Assembly: GCF_006345805.1 (NCBI RefSeq)
Contig: NC_043002.1
Span: 62,248,001-62,312,000, forward strand
Reading direction: 5' to 3'
Length of the DNA stretch: 64,000 nucleotides
Source: Octopus sinensis
Taxonomy: Eukaryota
Part shown: positions 1 through 12,819 of the stretch, piece by piece
Numbering within the stretch: position 1 is the stretch's first letter
Layout: the number at the start of each line of letters is the position of its first letter
Notes under the pieces: generated by a model
What the model was told of the DNA's origin: nothing
The model's database searches: none
What the model saw: the letters and a program-made list of their open reading frames with translations, nothing else
Made by a program: the position numbers and the translations under genes

Positions 1-2789
1 AAAAGCGAATACGAAAGTAGTAGTGAAAATAATGGAGCTGGTTTCTAAATAGAAGACCAAAAATGTCCCATTGTTTGAAAGGAGAATCCGCCTGGTATAT
101 TTGTTGAACAAATGATGAACAAATAAATAGAGGTTTTGGAATGGTTGGATCTGTTTACCTAAATTTTTTTTTTTTATTTTTTTGTAATATTTCGTTCCTT
201 CTCAGAATTTTCCATTTTCATTGAGTATCAATCTAAAAATATATCCGCTCTTGTAATAGCAAAATCACAACATAACAGAACACAAAAATTGCAAAATGAA
301 ATCGAAAAGAAAGCTATAAAGCAACAAACAGAATCTCGATACACGACATCAAATATAAAAATATATATATAATGAAAGGTTTAGAAATGCAAAGACAATG
401 AAGAACTATTTTTTTCGAAAATGAAATCGCAAGTAAACAATGTGTGAAGAGTAGATATAATTGTGGTTGTTGTTGTTGTTGCTGTTATTATTTTCATTAG
501 TGTTATTGTAAATATTCATTTTATGGACACAGGGACAAAGGATAGAGGGTATTACAAGGAAAACTTAGGAAAGCCAACACAAATTGTGATTTTAACAAAT
601 TTATTGAGAAATGAGGAAAAGAAAAAAGCAAAAAGAAATCAAAACCTCCTCGCCCCCAAAGAGAAATGAGAGAAAAAATATCGGCTCTGTGTGAGACATT
701 GAAGAAGAAGAAGAAGAAAAGAAAAAGAAGAAGAAGGAGGAGACGAAGATGATGATGATGAGGGTGATCATCATCATCGTTAAAATCATCATCATCACCA
801 TCACCATCACCACTATAACCGGTAATGATGGCTATAAAATCCTTAAGTTGCCTTTCTTTTATAAATTGAAATATAAAAATGTTTGAATATGCATATATAT
901 GTGCGTTTGTGTACTAGGTATGTATGTATCCATATAAATATATATATATATAAAATTATCATTACAGTTTCAGCCTGTTACATTTGAGACAGTTCAATAT
1001 AGGATGGCCCGAAAAATCTAAGGTAAGAGCATTAAATGTTTTGAAGAAGGCAAGCATATATATATGCGACAACACAGGCAAAGCAGAGAAAATGTCACAC
1101 AATTACAAATACATAGAACAATACAAAAGCAACAGGTATATTACGACTAATAAGGACAAATCAAGATGTGCTGACGTATACACACGCACAGTCACACATA
1201 TACACAGTCATATATTTATACAAAAATATGTGTACATATATGCACATCCAGAGAAAGACACAAGTCTGTTCATTATCATCTCAATGGATCTTGAACACTT
1301 TCAGATGTTTCTATGATCCTACTGCACCACCTGGAGAAAGTGCTTGAAATTATATTTATGAACTACATAGCTTATTCGCGTATTGTTGTTGGAAAAAAAT
1401 CTAACTGTATGTGGGCTGCTTATTTGATATTTCTTGTATGAATTTGTCCAGGTGCTGTTTAAGTATTATAAGGAAAGTTTATGTGTACTTTTTTCGGGAA
1501 TAATTAATTGCTAATTATGTAGAACACTTTGAGGTAAAAAATAAACATCTATGTTATAATGTTGTTAAAGACGTGATCACATTTATTGTAACAAGCGTGA
1601 AGTGCAGAGGACTAAACTCGGGAGGTTTGTGAACTGGATACCGACATCTTGTGAACCCTATTGCTCTATTTTCTGTATTATATTATTCAAGAAGGTGATA
1701 CAGGTAGAAGTGCTTGAGCATTTTTCAGGCGATTGCACTAATTAAGTAATGCCATGATGTATTTTGTCAATTTGCGTAAATGAACTCTAGGGGCTACTAT
1801 GTCAAAATGCTTTCCTTTGTATAGAAATATCACACCAGCAGCAGTATTCGATAGGATAGCGTGCATGTGTAAAGATGAATTCAATGATGTCTGGATATAT
1901 CAACTAAGAATTTTAAAAATCAATGAATACATGTTGCGTTAATTCCTCTTTAGATTATTGCTCAAAATTCCTACCGAGACAGATAATGTCATTTGCATGA
2001 AGCTTTTCAGAGAAAGAGATTATTGTTGCGTGTGTGTCAAAATAGGATGGGGACGCATTGGATGTAGAATCGCTGAAGAAATCTCGGGATGTGTGACGAA
2101 AGATTTCCAGACAAAGCACATAAAATAAAAGCAATAATAAATCTAATGTGAAAAACGAATATATAGTGCGTGTGTTAATATATATTCTGCTAAGGGAAGT
2201 GGATAAGCCTTGTTAAAAACAATTTATATAATGTTCGGTTAATGAACCATACTCGCATAGATCAGACTGGTGTTCTGCTCTGTCAAATAATTCATCTCTC
2301 TCTGGAGGAATATGGTAATATCTTTTTTAAGTTACTCTAATTGATACATTTAAAATGTGATTTACCTGAAGACTGAACACAACCCTGGATGAAAACAGTA
2401 ACCTATTTTCTGGTTTTGACTATAGTTTCTTGATTGAAGTATGTGGATGTAAGTTCAGTGAGGAACATTTAATTCACTGAAGAAGTTTTACACAAACTAA
2501 GATGTTTCATTGTTTTTTCCGGTAGAAAGTATGATCGAATCTGCCTAAATAATACTGGTCTATTAGAGTCATTTCTCATCAGCAATACTGATATAAATAT
2601 AAAAGCTGCTCGTTTAGGGAAGAAAACAGCCGGAGAATATCACAGGACGTATATAGTAGAATACAATATAATCCATTGTACCTAAATAAACTACCCATAA
2701 TATCACCTGCGTATATGAGATACCTATGCGAACCCATGGAAAACGAACCCTCACCAACTATTCTGCATATATGTGCGCCCGCCTTTTAA

Positions 2790-3020
2790 TGCAATATATG
2801 CCAGAAGGTCTGAAGATCTAACGGAGGTTGCAAGAAGACATTTAAAGATTCACAAGGCTCAGAACTTAACTTCAGCTTTTGGTGGTCCAAATCGGATATG
2901 CACTCTATGTGGGTGTCTTTTCGACACATTGTTTGTTTTCAAAGTCCACATCAGATGCCATGGGAGTTCTAAGGTGTAGGTACAGGAGGTGGTCAAACTT
3001 AGAATCAGGAGTAGACAACC
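2790..3020 (+). mobile_element. 5'-truncated LINE 3' end (probably RTE clade) encoding two decayed C2H2 zinc fingers
   Basis: Reads CNICQKV*RSNGG../RHLKIHK then CTLCGCLFDTLFVFKVHIRCH (C-x2-C-x12-H-x3-H), a stop, a short UTR and a CA/CATA tail. Homologous to 61681-61912. Confidence 0.6.
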
Positions 3021-3203
3021 ACACACACACACATACACACGTACATACATACATACATATATATATATAAACAGTGGTATCTGCTATACACGTCAAGAAG
3101 TCAATAAATGATGAGAATTGTAGAGACACCCAGATTATCATACAAGCGCGTTAATCGCAATGCCACTCAAAGGTTTACTTGTTCTAATATCATTTAGGAA
3201 GTA

Positions 3204-3277
<74 letters not shown>

Positions 3278-4053
3278 CTATGTACTTGAATGTGTGTGTT
3301 TGTGTTTATATACGTTAATGTGTGTGTAATAGTTGCGAGTTGAAGAAAAGCGAAAAATCAAGACACATTTTGAGATAGTTGTAACACAATTGAAATGTTG
3401 TACGGATGTTTGTTGATGCAGCCGAAATCTTGTTACAGAAGCACACGGACATATTCACAACTATTCAGTTACACGGGATTCTTCTTAAAACCTCTTCACA
3501 CATTAAATTGTTACCGGATAAGAATGGCGGATATGACCGCTTAATCTATCCTAGTGGAAGCTGAAGTGTTCTTAACAGATGGGTGATTTTATAGCATTCT
3601 TGAACATTTCATTTATGGTCACTTGTTAGGCGCGGAGTATTGAGTATCACCACCATATTAATGTTATTTATTAATACACAAACAAAAATGATTACGCACA
3701 GTGACATATCACCAGCGATATACATATACCTATAAACATAAATACATACATTCATGTGTGTCTGTGTGAATGTGTCTGGCCGTCTGTCCAAGTAAAAATA
3801 TATATTCATGTCTATTCATAAACGCATATACACGTGTATGTATAAATCTGTATATATATATACATTTGTGTATATATGTAATTATATATGCTTAGAGCTA
3901 CACAAAATTACTTGAAATTTCAATATTTCTACGTGTAAACGCATATAGATACGATGCTCAGACATATTAACATTTAGTGTATTTTATATACTTCTCAATA
4001 TAGCATTTTAAATGTACACATGCTATTACAAATATGTGTTTCAGCAGCTCTGC

Positions 4054-4097
<44 letters not shown>

Positions 4098-4423
4098 ATA
4101 TCATATATATATATAATATATATTATATATATATATATGTGTGTGTGTGTATGTGTGTGTGTGTGTATATGCGCGCGCGTATGTATAAACAAGCACTTAT
4201 GAGTGCTTGTGTGTGCTATGCATAATCATTATAGCCTTTGTTGTGTCCATCATTTAACATTGCACAGCAAATGCCTAAAGCCACTTTGTAGTTATTTCTC
4301 ATCTTTAACAACTATAAGTTATACGACGCATGCGTAATGTATTATAATCAAGCACATACTTATATATGTAATGAGCGTATCTGGCTTAGAAATATATATA
4401 TATATATATATAATATATATATG

Positions 4424-4456
<33 letters not shown>

Positions 4457-4521
4457 CTTTATATATATATATGTATATATATATTTCTTTATATATATAT
4501 GTATATATATTATATATATAC

Positions 4522-4798
4522 CCGTAATATTAGAGAGCCAACTTTGAATATGTTAACTCTAGTGCTAGAAATAGCTCCAACCGGTATAGTCGCCAACGAT
4601 AATTCCCAATAGAAATAGCACTACAATCAACGCTATGAAATTGAAATACAACTAAATAATGGATTAGTTGTATTTCAATTTCATAGCTTTGATTGTAGTG
4701 CTATTTCTATGTGGAATTATCGTTGGCGGCTATACTGGTTGGAGCTATTTCTAGCACTAGAGTTAACATATTCAAAGTTGGCTCTCTAATATTTACGG
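4522..4798. repeat. Near-perfect fold-back inverted repeat (~135-bp arms, 8-nt spacer); MITE-like
   Basis: Left arm ccgtaatattagagagcc...aactaa matches the reverse complement of ttagttg...ggctctctaatatttacgg with only a few mismatches. Confidence 0.9.
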
Positions 4799-5009
4799 AT
4801 AAATATGAATTTGTATCCCCGGTTTATTGTGCTAGGTCGCTTGGTGTTAAAATAAGGGTATTATTGAATTAATATCTATAATTTTATTCACCCTCATTAT
4901 TGAATGTATTTATATATATATACAAAATATGGCAGTTTATTTCACAGGTGATCTAAACGAATAGGTACATTATGTAAAAGCTGTAACGAATTACTAAACC
5001 TCTAAGATT

Positions 5010-5281
5010 ATAGCCTAGGCGGTAGTTGTGGAAGCAATGCAGATTTCTGATTATTTTCTTCTCTTTTTACTTTTCTTTCTTCATTTCGATGTTTCTTTAC
5101 TTCTGTCCTCTATGTCGTCTTTTTATTAATCTATATCCTTCTCATTTTCCCTGTTTGTCTCCGATGACGGAATATCCCATACTCTGGGATATCCCAGAAA
5201 CACCTGTAAGACTTCGAATAGTAATAATATATATGACTCGATATTTGACTAGCTTTAATGTTTGTTGTATTCTATAACAGT
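5010..5281 (+). mobile_element. Penelope-like terminal-repeat fragment ending in a TA array
   Basis: Contains a hammerhead motif (5157-5212), a pyrimidine-rich upstream tract and a 3' end abutting (TA)n. The left boundary is approximate. Confidence 0.55.
5157..5212 (+). ncRNA. Minimal type I hammerhead ribozyme motif, U4C core variant
   Basis: gtct CCGATGA cggaatatccca-tactc-tgggatatccca GAA ACACCTGT A agac. Helix I gtct/agac, long helix II, predicted GUA cleavage after 5208. Confidence 0.65.
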
Positions 5282-5282
5282 T

Positions 5283-5318
<36 letters not shown>

Positions 5319-5329
5319 ATATATATATA

Positions 5330-5520
5330 GTTAATCCAAACAAGAAATCACAAAAAAAAACACAACAACGCGATGACGTGGCACAAATATAGTATTATTG
5401 GACATCAGGAGTTAACGTTTCGAGCGGAGCTCTTCGTCGGAAACATAGGAGAAGGAAAGATCCAGGGAAGGGAAGACAGAGGAAAAAAATCGCCAACGGT
5501 ACACTCGAGGTCACATTTTT
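5330..5520 (-). mobile_element. Penelope-like terminal-repeat fragment (second family) with degenerate hammerhead at 5411-5444
   Basis: Minus strand gttt CCGACGA a gagc-tcc-gctc GAA ACGT T aac. The 3' end faces the TA array at 5281-5330. Confidence 0.55.
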
Positions 5521-5989
5521 AAATATATATATATATAGTCAATCAATAAGAGACACTTGACATCGTTGGTAGATTTTATATGACGACTGAAAGAGGGTAA
5601 AACGAAGTACAGCATTACTTAGTCTTTAGTTAGACATGCAAAACCATACCATGTAATTTCCAGGATATGCCGTCTCTCCTCCAAGGAATCCCTGTCGATT
5701 CTGAGGACAAATGAGAAGATACTTAATGGAATTTCTGAACGACTATCAAGATACCTAAACGCATATAAGTGTACTTTCACATAATGCAGTCAGAATGAAT
5801 TTTGAGTAACCGTTAACTTAATGTAATTTAATTTACTTTAAGGTATGGATGACTTAAATTTACTTATAACCCCTTCATTCTTCTAAACACCTTGTAAAAA
5901 TCTGTCTCGCTTTGTGATCATGAGTGCACCAAACCTCGCGTGTGCGTATGCTCACATTTGCGTGTGTGTGTGCATGTGTATGTGTGTGC

Positions 5990-6036
<47 letters not shown>

Positions 6037-6037
<1 letters not shown>

Positions 6038-6199
6038 GACGGGTTACTTTCAGTCTCCGTCTAGCAAATCGACTTGGGCTTTGTTCGGCCCAATGCTATA
6101 GTACAAGGCACTTGCCCTAGGTGCTACATAGTGGGACTGAACCCGGAGCCATGTGGTTGTGGTTGGTAAGCAAGCTTCTTACTACACAACTAAACCTGT
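6037..6199 (-). mobile_element. tRNA-derived SINE, 5' part (family A)
   Basis: Matches the heads of the copies at 16796, 19769, 31147 and 62021 (ggttccgggttcagtcccact..., gcaagtgcc). Confidence 0.75.
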
Positions 6200-6445
6200 C
6201 TCTCTATATTTAAAATGTAAAAAAACTTTCCTTCCTGTTCTCTCCTATTTTCTGAATGTAAGCCTAACAGATTCTGTTCCCAACTTATCTTTTCTTCGTG
6301 ATATATGATGTGTGCGCAATATATCGTGGACGCCAGTCAGTCGCAGGTGAGCTGCAAGATGCAGGAGGAAAGAGTGAGAGAAAGTTGTGGCGAAAGAGTC
6401 AGCAGAAGTTCGCCATTACCTTCTGCCGGTGTGTAGGTGTGATTC

Positions 6446-6482
<37 letters not shown>

Positions 6483-6515
6483 TAGAGTATTGTATGTGTG
6501 TATGTGTTTGTGTGT

Positions 6516-6573
<58 letters not shown>

Positions 6574-6736
6574 TGTGTGTGTGTGTGTGCAAATGTATAT
6601 GTGATTTTTTTCTGCAAATTCAATCTGCCTGGATTTCATTTTGGTTCAGAAAAGAGCGTCGGTTTGGAAATGTTTAATTAATATTCTTTTTATGCATTAT
6701 ATTTAAGTTTGGGTGTGACTGTATGTGCGCCTATGG

Positions 6737-6789
<53 letters not shown>

Positions 6790-7963
6790 TGCAATTTTGT
6801 GTATATATGTGAACTTATGTGTGTGCATATGTGTATATATACATATGTGTGCGTGCGTGTGTGTGTGTGTGTGTGTCTGAACAGGAGCATGCAAACGAAC
6901 ACACACATTCATGCCCATAGTTGGTTAAAAATATTAATGGTATTAATTCAAAATATTAGTTAAAAGTATTATTTTGGAATATTGCTTAAACGGCAGCACA
7001 ACTTCATGACTTTAATTGTATGAGGTTTATGACGATTGAAATGATATTACCATCAGAACTGGAAATGAAATCAAAGGCGGGTGCCTGAAGCAGCTGTTTT
7101 TGCACGAGTCTTTCACAAAGGTTTTTAAACGGAATAAAATAATGATAACCATTTTCTTCAAACTTCCATTTCATATTTCTAAAATATATTCAGGCAGTAT
7201 ATATTCAAAAGAAAACCAAGCTATGTATACTAGCTGATGATCGGAAATGAGCAACTCTGAATAATGGAAATCGGAGCCTCTCGGTTCCTATATATATATT
7301 TGTTTTAAATTTAATATTTCATCGACGGCCAATTTCCTTTTCTAAGCTTTCATCTTTATTCCACTATTTATTTTTACATCCCATTTTAGTTTTGTTCTAC
7401 GCTTCCTCTCCTCGCTTCGAGAGTCTTATTTCTCCCACTTATTTCTCCCAAATTTTCCCGACCCTAACACCTTCAACCTCCAAAAAGAAACTGTGTTTAC
7501 AAACTTCAACCAGAATACCTCACATCCCCCCCTGATCTTATCAGCGTCTTCAACCTCGCTACGATCTTATCATTTTGGACACGTCAGCAGACTTCAGTGG
7601 GTGCTATTTCGGTTTACTCTATTAAATCCCTGGAAAACGCAAAAGAGGGTTGATTTTTATGACACCCCACTTTGCAGAAGCATTGAGTTTTTCAACTGTC
7701 AACCCAAAATAAAGAGGAGGCTGGTTTTTCTTTTTTTCCGTGTATACGAATAACCAAATAAAGCTGCACCTCTTCAAGCGTTTCTGCGGATGCAAAGGGT
7801 TAATAAAAGAAAATTTTTATATAATAATTTATATTAGATACCTGTAGAGACACCGTGTTTCTTTATACAAACCATAATATACTACAAACTATATTAAAAG
7901 TTATTATAAATCACAACCGTATTCTACTGTGTTAGCAGCGCTATCACATCACTTGTTAAGGTT

Positions 7964-8152
7964 ATCTTTACAGAAATTATTGCCAGCACTAAGGTTATTA
8001 CAGCGTTCCGTATCCGAAACCCCTAGCGTAAACAACATTGAGATCGGAGATGAAAAATTTTCCATTTTGGATCTCATTGTTTGTTTACATCTGCCATCTT
8101 GAATACGGAACGTCGTCACACAATCAGTGCTGATATAATTTCTCTAGAATAT
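7964..8152. mobile_element. Decayed MITE-like element
   Basis: Imperfect terminal inverted repeats: agaaattat..cagcact..gttccgtat versus atacggaac..agtgctg..ataatttct. Confidence 0.35.
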
Positions 8153-8815
8153 CTGTAGGGTTAAATTTAACTATTGATTATAATAAATATTCCAATATTT
8201 GAAAAATTATTCTTTAAACTCTCTTAATTCATATTTGAACGTATTTTACTTACGTATCAGTATCTCACTTATTATATTTGAAGTGATTGTAGGTAATGTT
8301 CAGATGTACATATCCTGGCCATTATTTGTTTAAACCCTAGAACGTAATAAATAATATATCACAGAGGTTCGCAAACATTCAAATTTTGCGCGAGATTTCA
8401 TGTAGTAGACAGGCACACATATATCGTTGTTATTATGCAAAATTGTTGTAAGTCCGAAAGGTTGCTTTTTCAGAAAAGAAAAAATAGTGTCGCCATTTCT
8501 TTTCTTTTTACATTAGCAACAGTTTCAGCTTAACAATAACACTTTGTTGGAACAACATGCAAGTATAAAATCATAACTCCATGCATTTTCAATGATGAAT
8601 AATTTTGCAGAACTATCGTATGTGGGACTTATTACACTTTTGAAAAATGCTAAACCTCTACAATTGTCATATCTTGGCATTTAAAGCAGCTGGAGATGCG
8701 ATAGTTTGACCCAAATAACCGGCTATTGCAAGCAAAAATAAATATTGGAAAGGACCCATTTAACCAAACTTGGACATAAGGCAGTTTAACATACTAGCCA
8801 CGATATACATTTATG

Positions 8816-8847
<32 letters not shown>

Positions 8848-8892
8848 TGACGTTTGTGAATGAATGTCTTTATATATATATACACTTACCAA

Positions 8893-8929
<37 letters not shown>

Positions 8930-8931
<2 letters not shown>

Positions 8932-9069
8932 AAATGGGACACGAACGCAAACCATTCCGATAGACAATACAAAGAGAACAAGGACGGGTCATTGGGAGTT
9001 TTCTTTCCTCGGTAGAGTTCCAGATTATCTTTGCAATTTCGGCTGGTTATACTCTAGATTGCTCCAACC
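8930..9069 (-). mobile_element. Dispersed repeat, probable Penelope-like terminal fragment
   Basis: Reverse-complement homologue of 9843-10050 (gagtataaccagccgaaattgcaaagataatctggaac..cgagga); ends at a TA array. Confidence 0.5.
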
Positions 9070-9070
9070 A

Positions 9071-9139
<69 letters not shown>

Positions 9140-9697
9140 CAGAGAAAGAAAGAGAGAGAGAGAGAGAAGAAAGACCCAAAAGCTAAAACCCAACAACAGA
9201 ACGTTCAGATGAGACACAATTATCAGTCAATACAGAGTAATTTTCATCATCAAGTAGCATGGTCCGAGATCTTTCAATCAAATTTTTCTCAATAGTATTT
9301 CATACGAGAGTGTGTTTCCGTCTCATGCTGTCTCCATTTGTATACTTCTTTATAACGAATCCGGTACCTAACATGCTTGTGAAGTTGAATCAGAGAAGTT
9401 CTTAGCGATATCTCATGTTGCTGTCTGCGAATTCAGCAAAATACACAAATGTAAGGGGAGAGTGAGTAAGGAACGAGGGTGAGTGTAACAAAGAAAATTT
9501 CAGAGAAATACATGGAAGAAAGATGATTATTATTGTGAAAAAAATTGGGGGAAATTATTTACAGAGAATAACTGATTCTCATTGGACAAAAACACGCGTT
9601 TTATGATTTATAACTTGAATAAATTTCCATGGATCTTGGAGTAAAATTGTTACAAGGATAGCAAATTCGAAACATACGTTTGTGTATCTGTCTGTCC

Positions 9698-9759
<62 letters not shown>

Positions 9760-9842
9760 TTTTTTTTCTTCCCTTGTTTTCATATACATTCGCCACTTTC
9801 TTCTAAGGAATCTAGTACTCTTAGCTTAGTTTTTTCACTGGA

Positions 9843-10050
9843 GCTGGCCAGATTGGATCTATCTTGAGTATAACCAACCGAAATTGCAAACATAATCTGG
9901 AACCGCACTGAGGAAAGGAAAGATACGAATGATCGTCCTTGTTTTCTCTTCTCCCTTACTTGTATCATCTGTCTGGATGTTTTGTTGTCCCTGTTCTGTA
10001 TCATCTAGCTGTCTGGAAGTTTTGCGTTCTTGTCCTATTTTTTGTATACC
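9843..10050 (+). mobile_element. Dispersed repeat, probable Penelope-like terminal fragment
   Basis: Same family as 8930-9069; CTGAGGA at 9908-9914. Confidence 0.5.
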
Positions 10051-10243
10051 TTTATATATATACAAAGAGCAATAAAGATTCAAGTTAATTTAAAAAATTT
10101 ACTTGAATATGGTACCTAACTTAGATGCACCAAAAAAAAACTATACTGATTTAACAATACAGTAATGTGGGGTGATTATAAGCGGTGATTATAAGCGAGA
10201 AAGCTTCTTTCTCGCCTTTATATATATATATATATATTATATA

Positions 10244-10314
<71 letters not shown>

Positions 10315-11429
10315 CGATAGATAGATAGATAGATGTAAACATATAGATATACCTACATTTTCATATATAAAAAAATGTGTATGTTTGTAGATATATTGGT
10401 ATGTATGTATATGTATATATTGACATGTATATATCCGTGTACGCATGTATATATGTATATGTAAGTGTTTGTGGGAGTCAGACTAATGTGTTTGATCCGA
10501 GCAATATATATATATAATATATATATATATATATGTAGTGCAATAGGTAAACAACATTTAGCAAACGAATATGAAAACAATTTTCGCCTACGAACATTCC
10601 CGATGTGAATTTTACGAGTCTCCCCCCATCGTTCACCAGTGAACATTTTCTTTTCATATTTATTTACTGCATACTGTTGTACGCCTATTGCACCATTTTT
10701 GTTTTTGTTCGGGTGAAACACTTTCGTTTGACCATTGTTATCACTTGCATGTTGGATTAAATTATTCCTTTGCTTTACTTTAAGAATAGAGAAAACGGAG
10801 ATACAGCTAGAGACAAGTGACAGAAAATGAAATGTTGACCACTTTTTGGAGATATACTGAATATGGAAGAGATCTAGAATATTCTGGTCATATCTTGCCG
10901 AGGAATGGAAACCGGAATATCTTTTCCGTATCGATATAAGCGAATTGCAAAGTCACTCTTCGTTTCCTGTCCTTTTATTTCACCTTATGCCTGCTTCAAT
11001 GTGTATAGTTGTAACTATTGATGCATGTCTATTCTTGACCCAATAAAAAATATGTATGTTGCCTCTACTCTATAGACATTTCACCGATTCAATATTTACC
11101 TACCGGTTTAATGTTACAGTCTAAAAATCTTACCTATTATATATATAAGATCGTGTATCTATGTTGGTTACAGACAAATGCCAATATACAATTCCATTGT
11201 CGGTGTCTATTCTAGCAATGAATATATAATAAATAAGCGAGACTTCGCGAATTTTCACAAAAAAAACACGTTAGACAACTATGACGTCATAATAAGGCTT
11301 TGTGTGAAAAAATTGTGAGGACAAATGAAAAAAATATATATTGACTTGACTGCAACAATCATATTTACAAAATCATTGATAAAAAAATGATATTTTTATA
11401 TGTTTAACTCATTTCACTCATACTTTTAA

Positions 11430-11430
11430 A

Positions 11431-11525
<95 letters not shown>

Positions 11526-11535
11526 CAACAACAAC
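11430..11535. repeat. (AAT)n/(AAC)n microsatellite
   Basis: Direct reading; it is the tail side of the adjacent minus-strand SINE. Confidence 0.95.
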
Positions 11536-11540
11536 ATAAA

Positions 11541-11686
11541 GTCCTGAAACTTTGGGGGAGGGGGAGAGTGGATTACACCGTCCCCAGTGCATAACTTTCG
11601 AACCCGAAAGGATGAAAGGCGAAGTCGAACTTGGCGGAATTTGAACTCAGGACGTAAGTATGGACGATTCTGTCAGCTCGCCGCCT
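11541..11686 (-). mobile_element. tRNA-derived SINE family B (Deu/Nin-like core), internally deleted
   Basis: Minus strand aggcggcgagctgacagaatc..gagttcaaattccgccaagttcgacttcgcctttcatcctttcggg. Confidence 0.75.
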
Positions 11687-11689
11687 AGA

Positions 11690-11788
<99 letters not shown>

Positions 11789-11830
11789 GCTGCTGCTGCT
11801 GCTGCTGCGCTGCTGCTGCTGCTGCTGCTG
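11690..11830. repeat. Compound (CTA)n-(CTG)n microsatellite
   Basis: Direct reading. Confidence 0.95.
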
Positions 11831-12764
11831 GTGTAATTAACTCGATACCCAGCAATATCGGTTCTTACCCACAGTTAATTAAGCGTAAATATTCCGAGAA
11901 TCAGAGTCCGTGACGTTGCTGGGGGGGAATTAGTTTTGAATGCATAAAGTTTTGCGCAGCACGAAGCCCACTGCATTTCATAATCTTTTTATATAAGAGA
12001 TTGTATCTTCCTAGAAGGAAGTACTAATGAGAACTAAAGTCCTTAACTCCCAGTGGCTCACATTCTAGTTAGCACACATCTGGGACCCTAAGAGGTGGCG
12101 CTAGTTCAGATTAGACCTGGTAACAATAGTGGCTAAAAGATAGGTCCATACTCTTTAAAATGCATATATATAAATAAATGTATTTATGTATGTATTAATG
12201 TATGTATGTATGTATTTATGTATGTGTATGTTCATGGTATTTCTTTCACCCATTAAGTCCCACTGTCCTTTAAATAGGTCACTATATGAGAGCATTAAAT
12301 AAACTATATCACATTGTTTCAGTGTCCTATTTATAGGATACCGTGTATTTCCTTTTCTACTTGAAGTAAAGGAGTTTTCATAATTATTTTTTTCAATCAT
12401 CTGTAAAAATTTAAAACTAATATTCAAAAATTTAAGTACTCTGGGAAGTATTCGGTTAAACTACCTCTTTCTTTAGTATTATCTTATCACCAGCCCAGAA
12501 TAAGGCGATTTCGGATGCAGACAATGTGGTGACAGTAATTTTCGGTGCTGGAGGAAAACACACGCGTACACGAGCAGAAGCATACTTCAATTGTTAGAAT
12601 GAGTAAAAGGATTAATGAGAGTGAAAGAGATTGTAGAGTGGAAGGGAAAGAGAGATAGACATTATAATTTATTAATTGAAGACAATTACAACAAACACAT
12701 TTCCTTCTCATACGAATATACAAATATGCAGGAATATGCGCACAACTGAAACCGAAAGAAATAC

Positions 12765-12819
<55 letters not shown>

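Noticed and set aside
2773-2979. ORF with a C2H2 finger as a host zinc-finger gene
   Set aside because: The first finger is broken by a stop and frameshift, there is a paralogous decayed copy at 61681, and both have LINE-like tails.
7460-7803. piggyBac-like end (aaagggTTAA)
   Set aside because: Only one terminus is visible; no matching left end was found.
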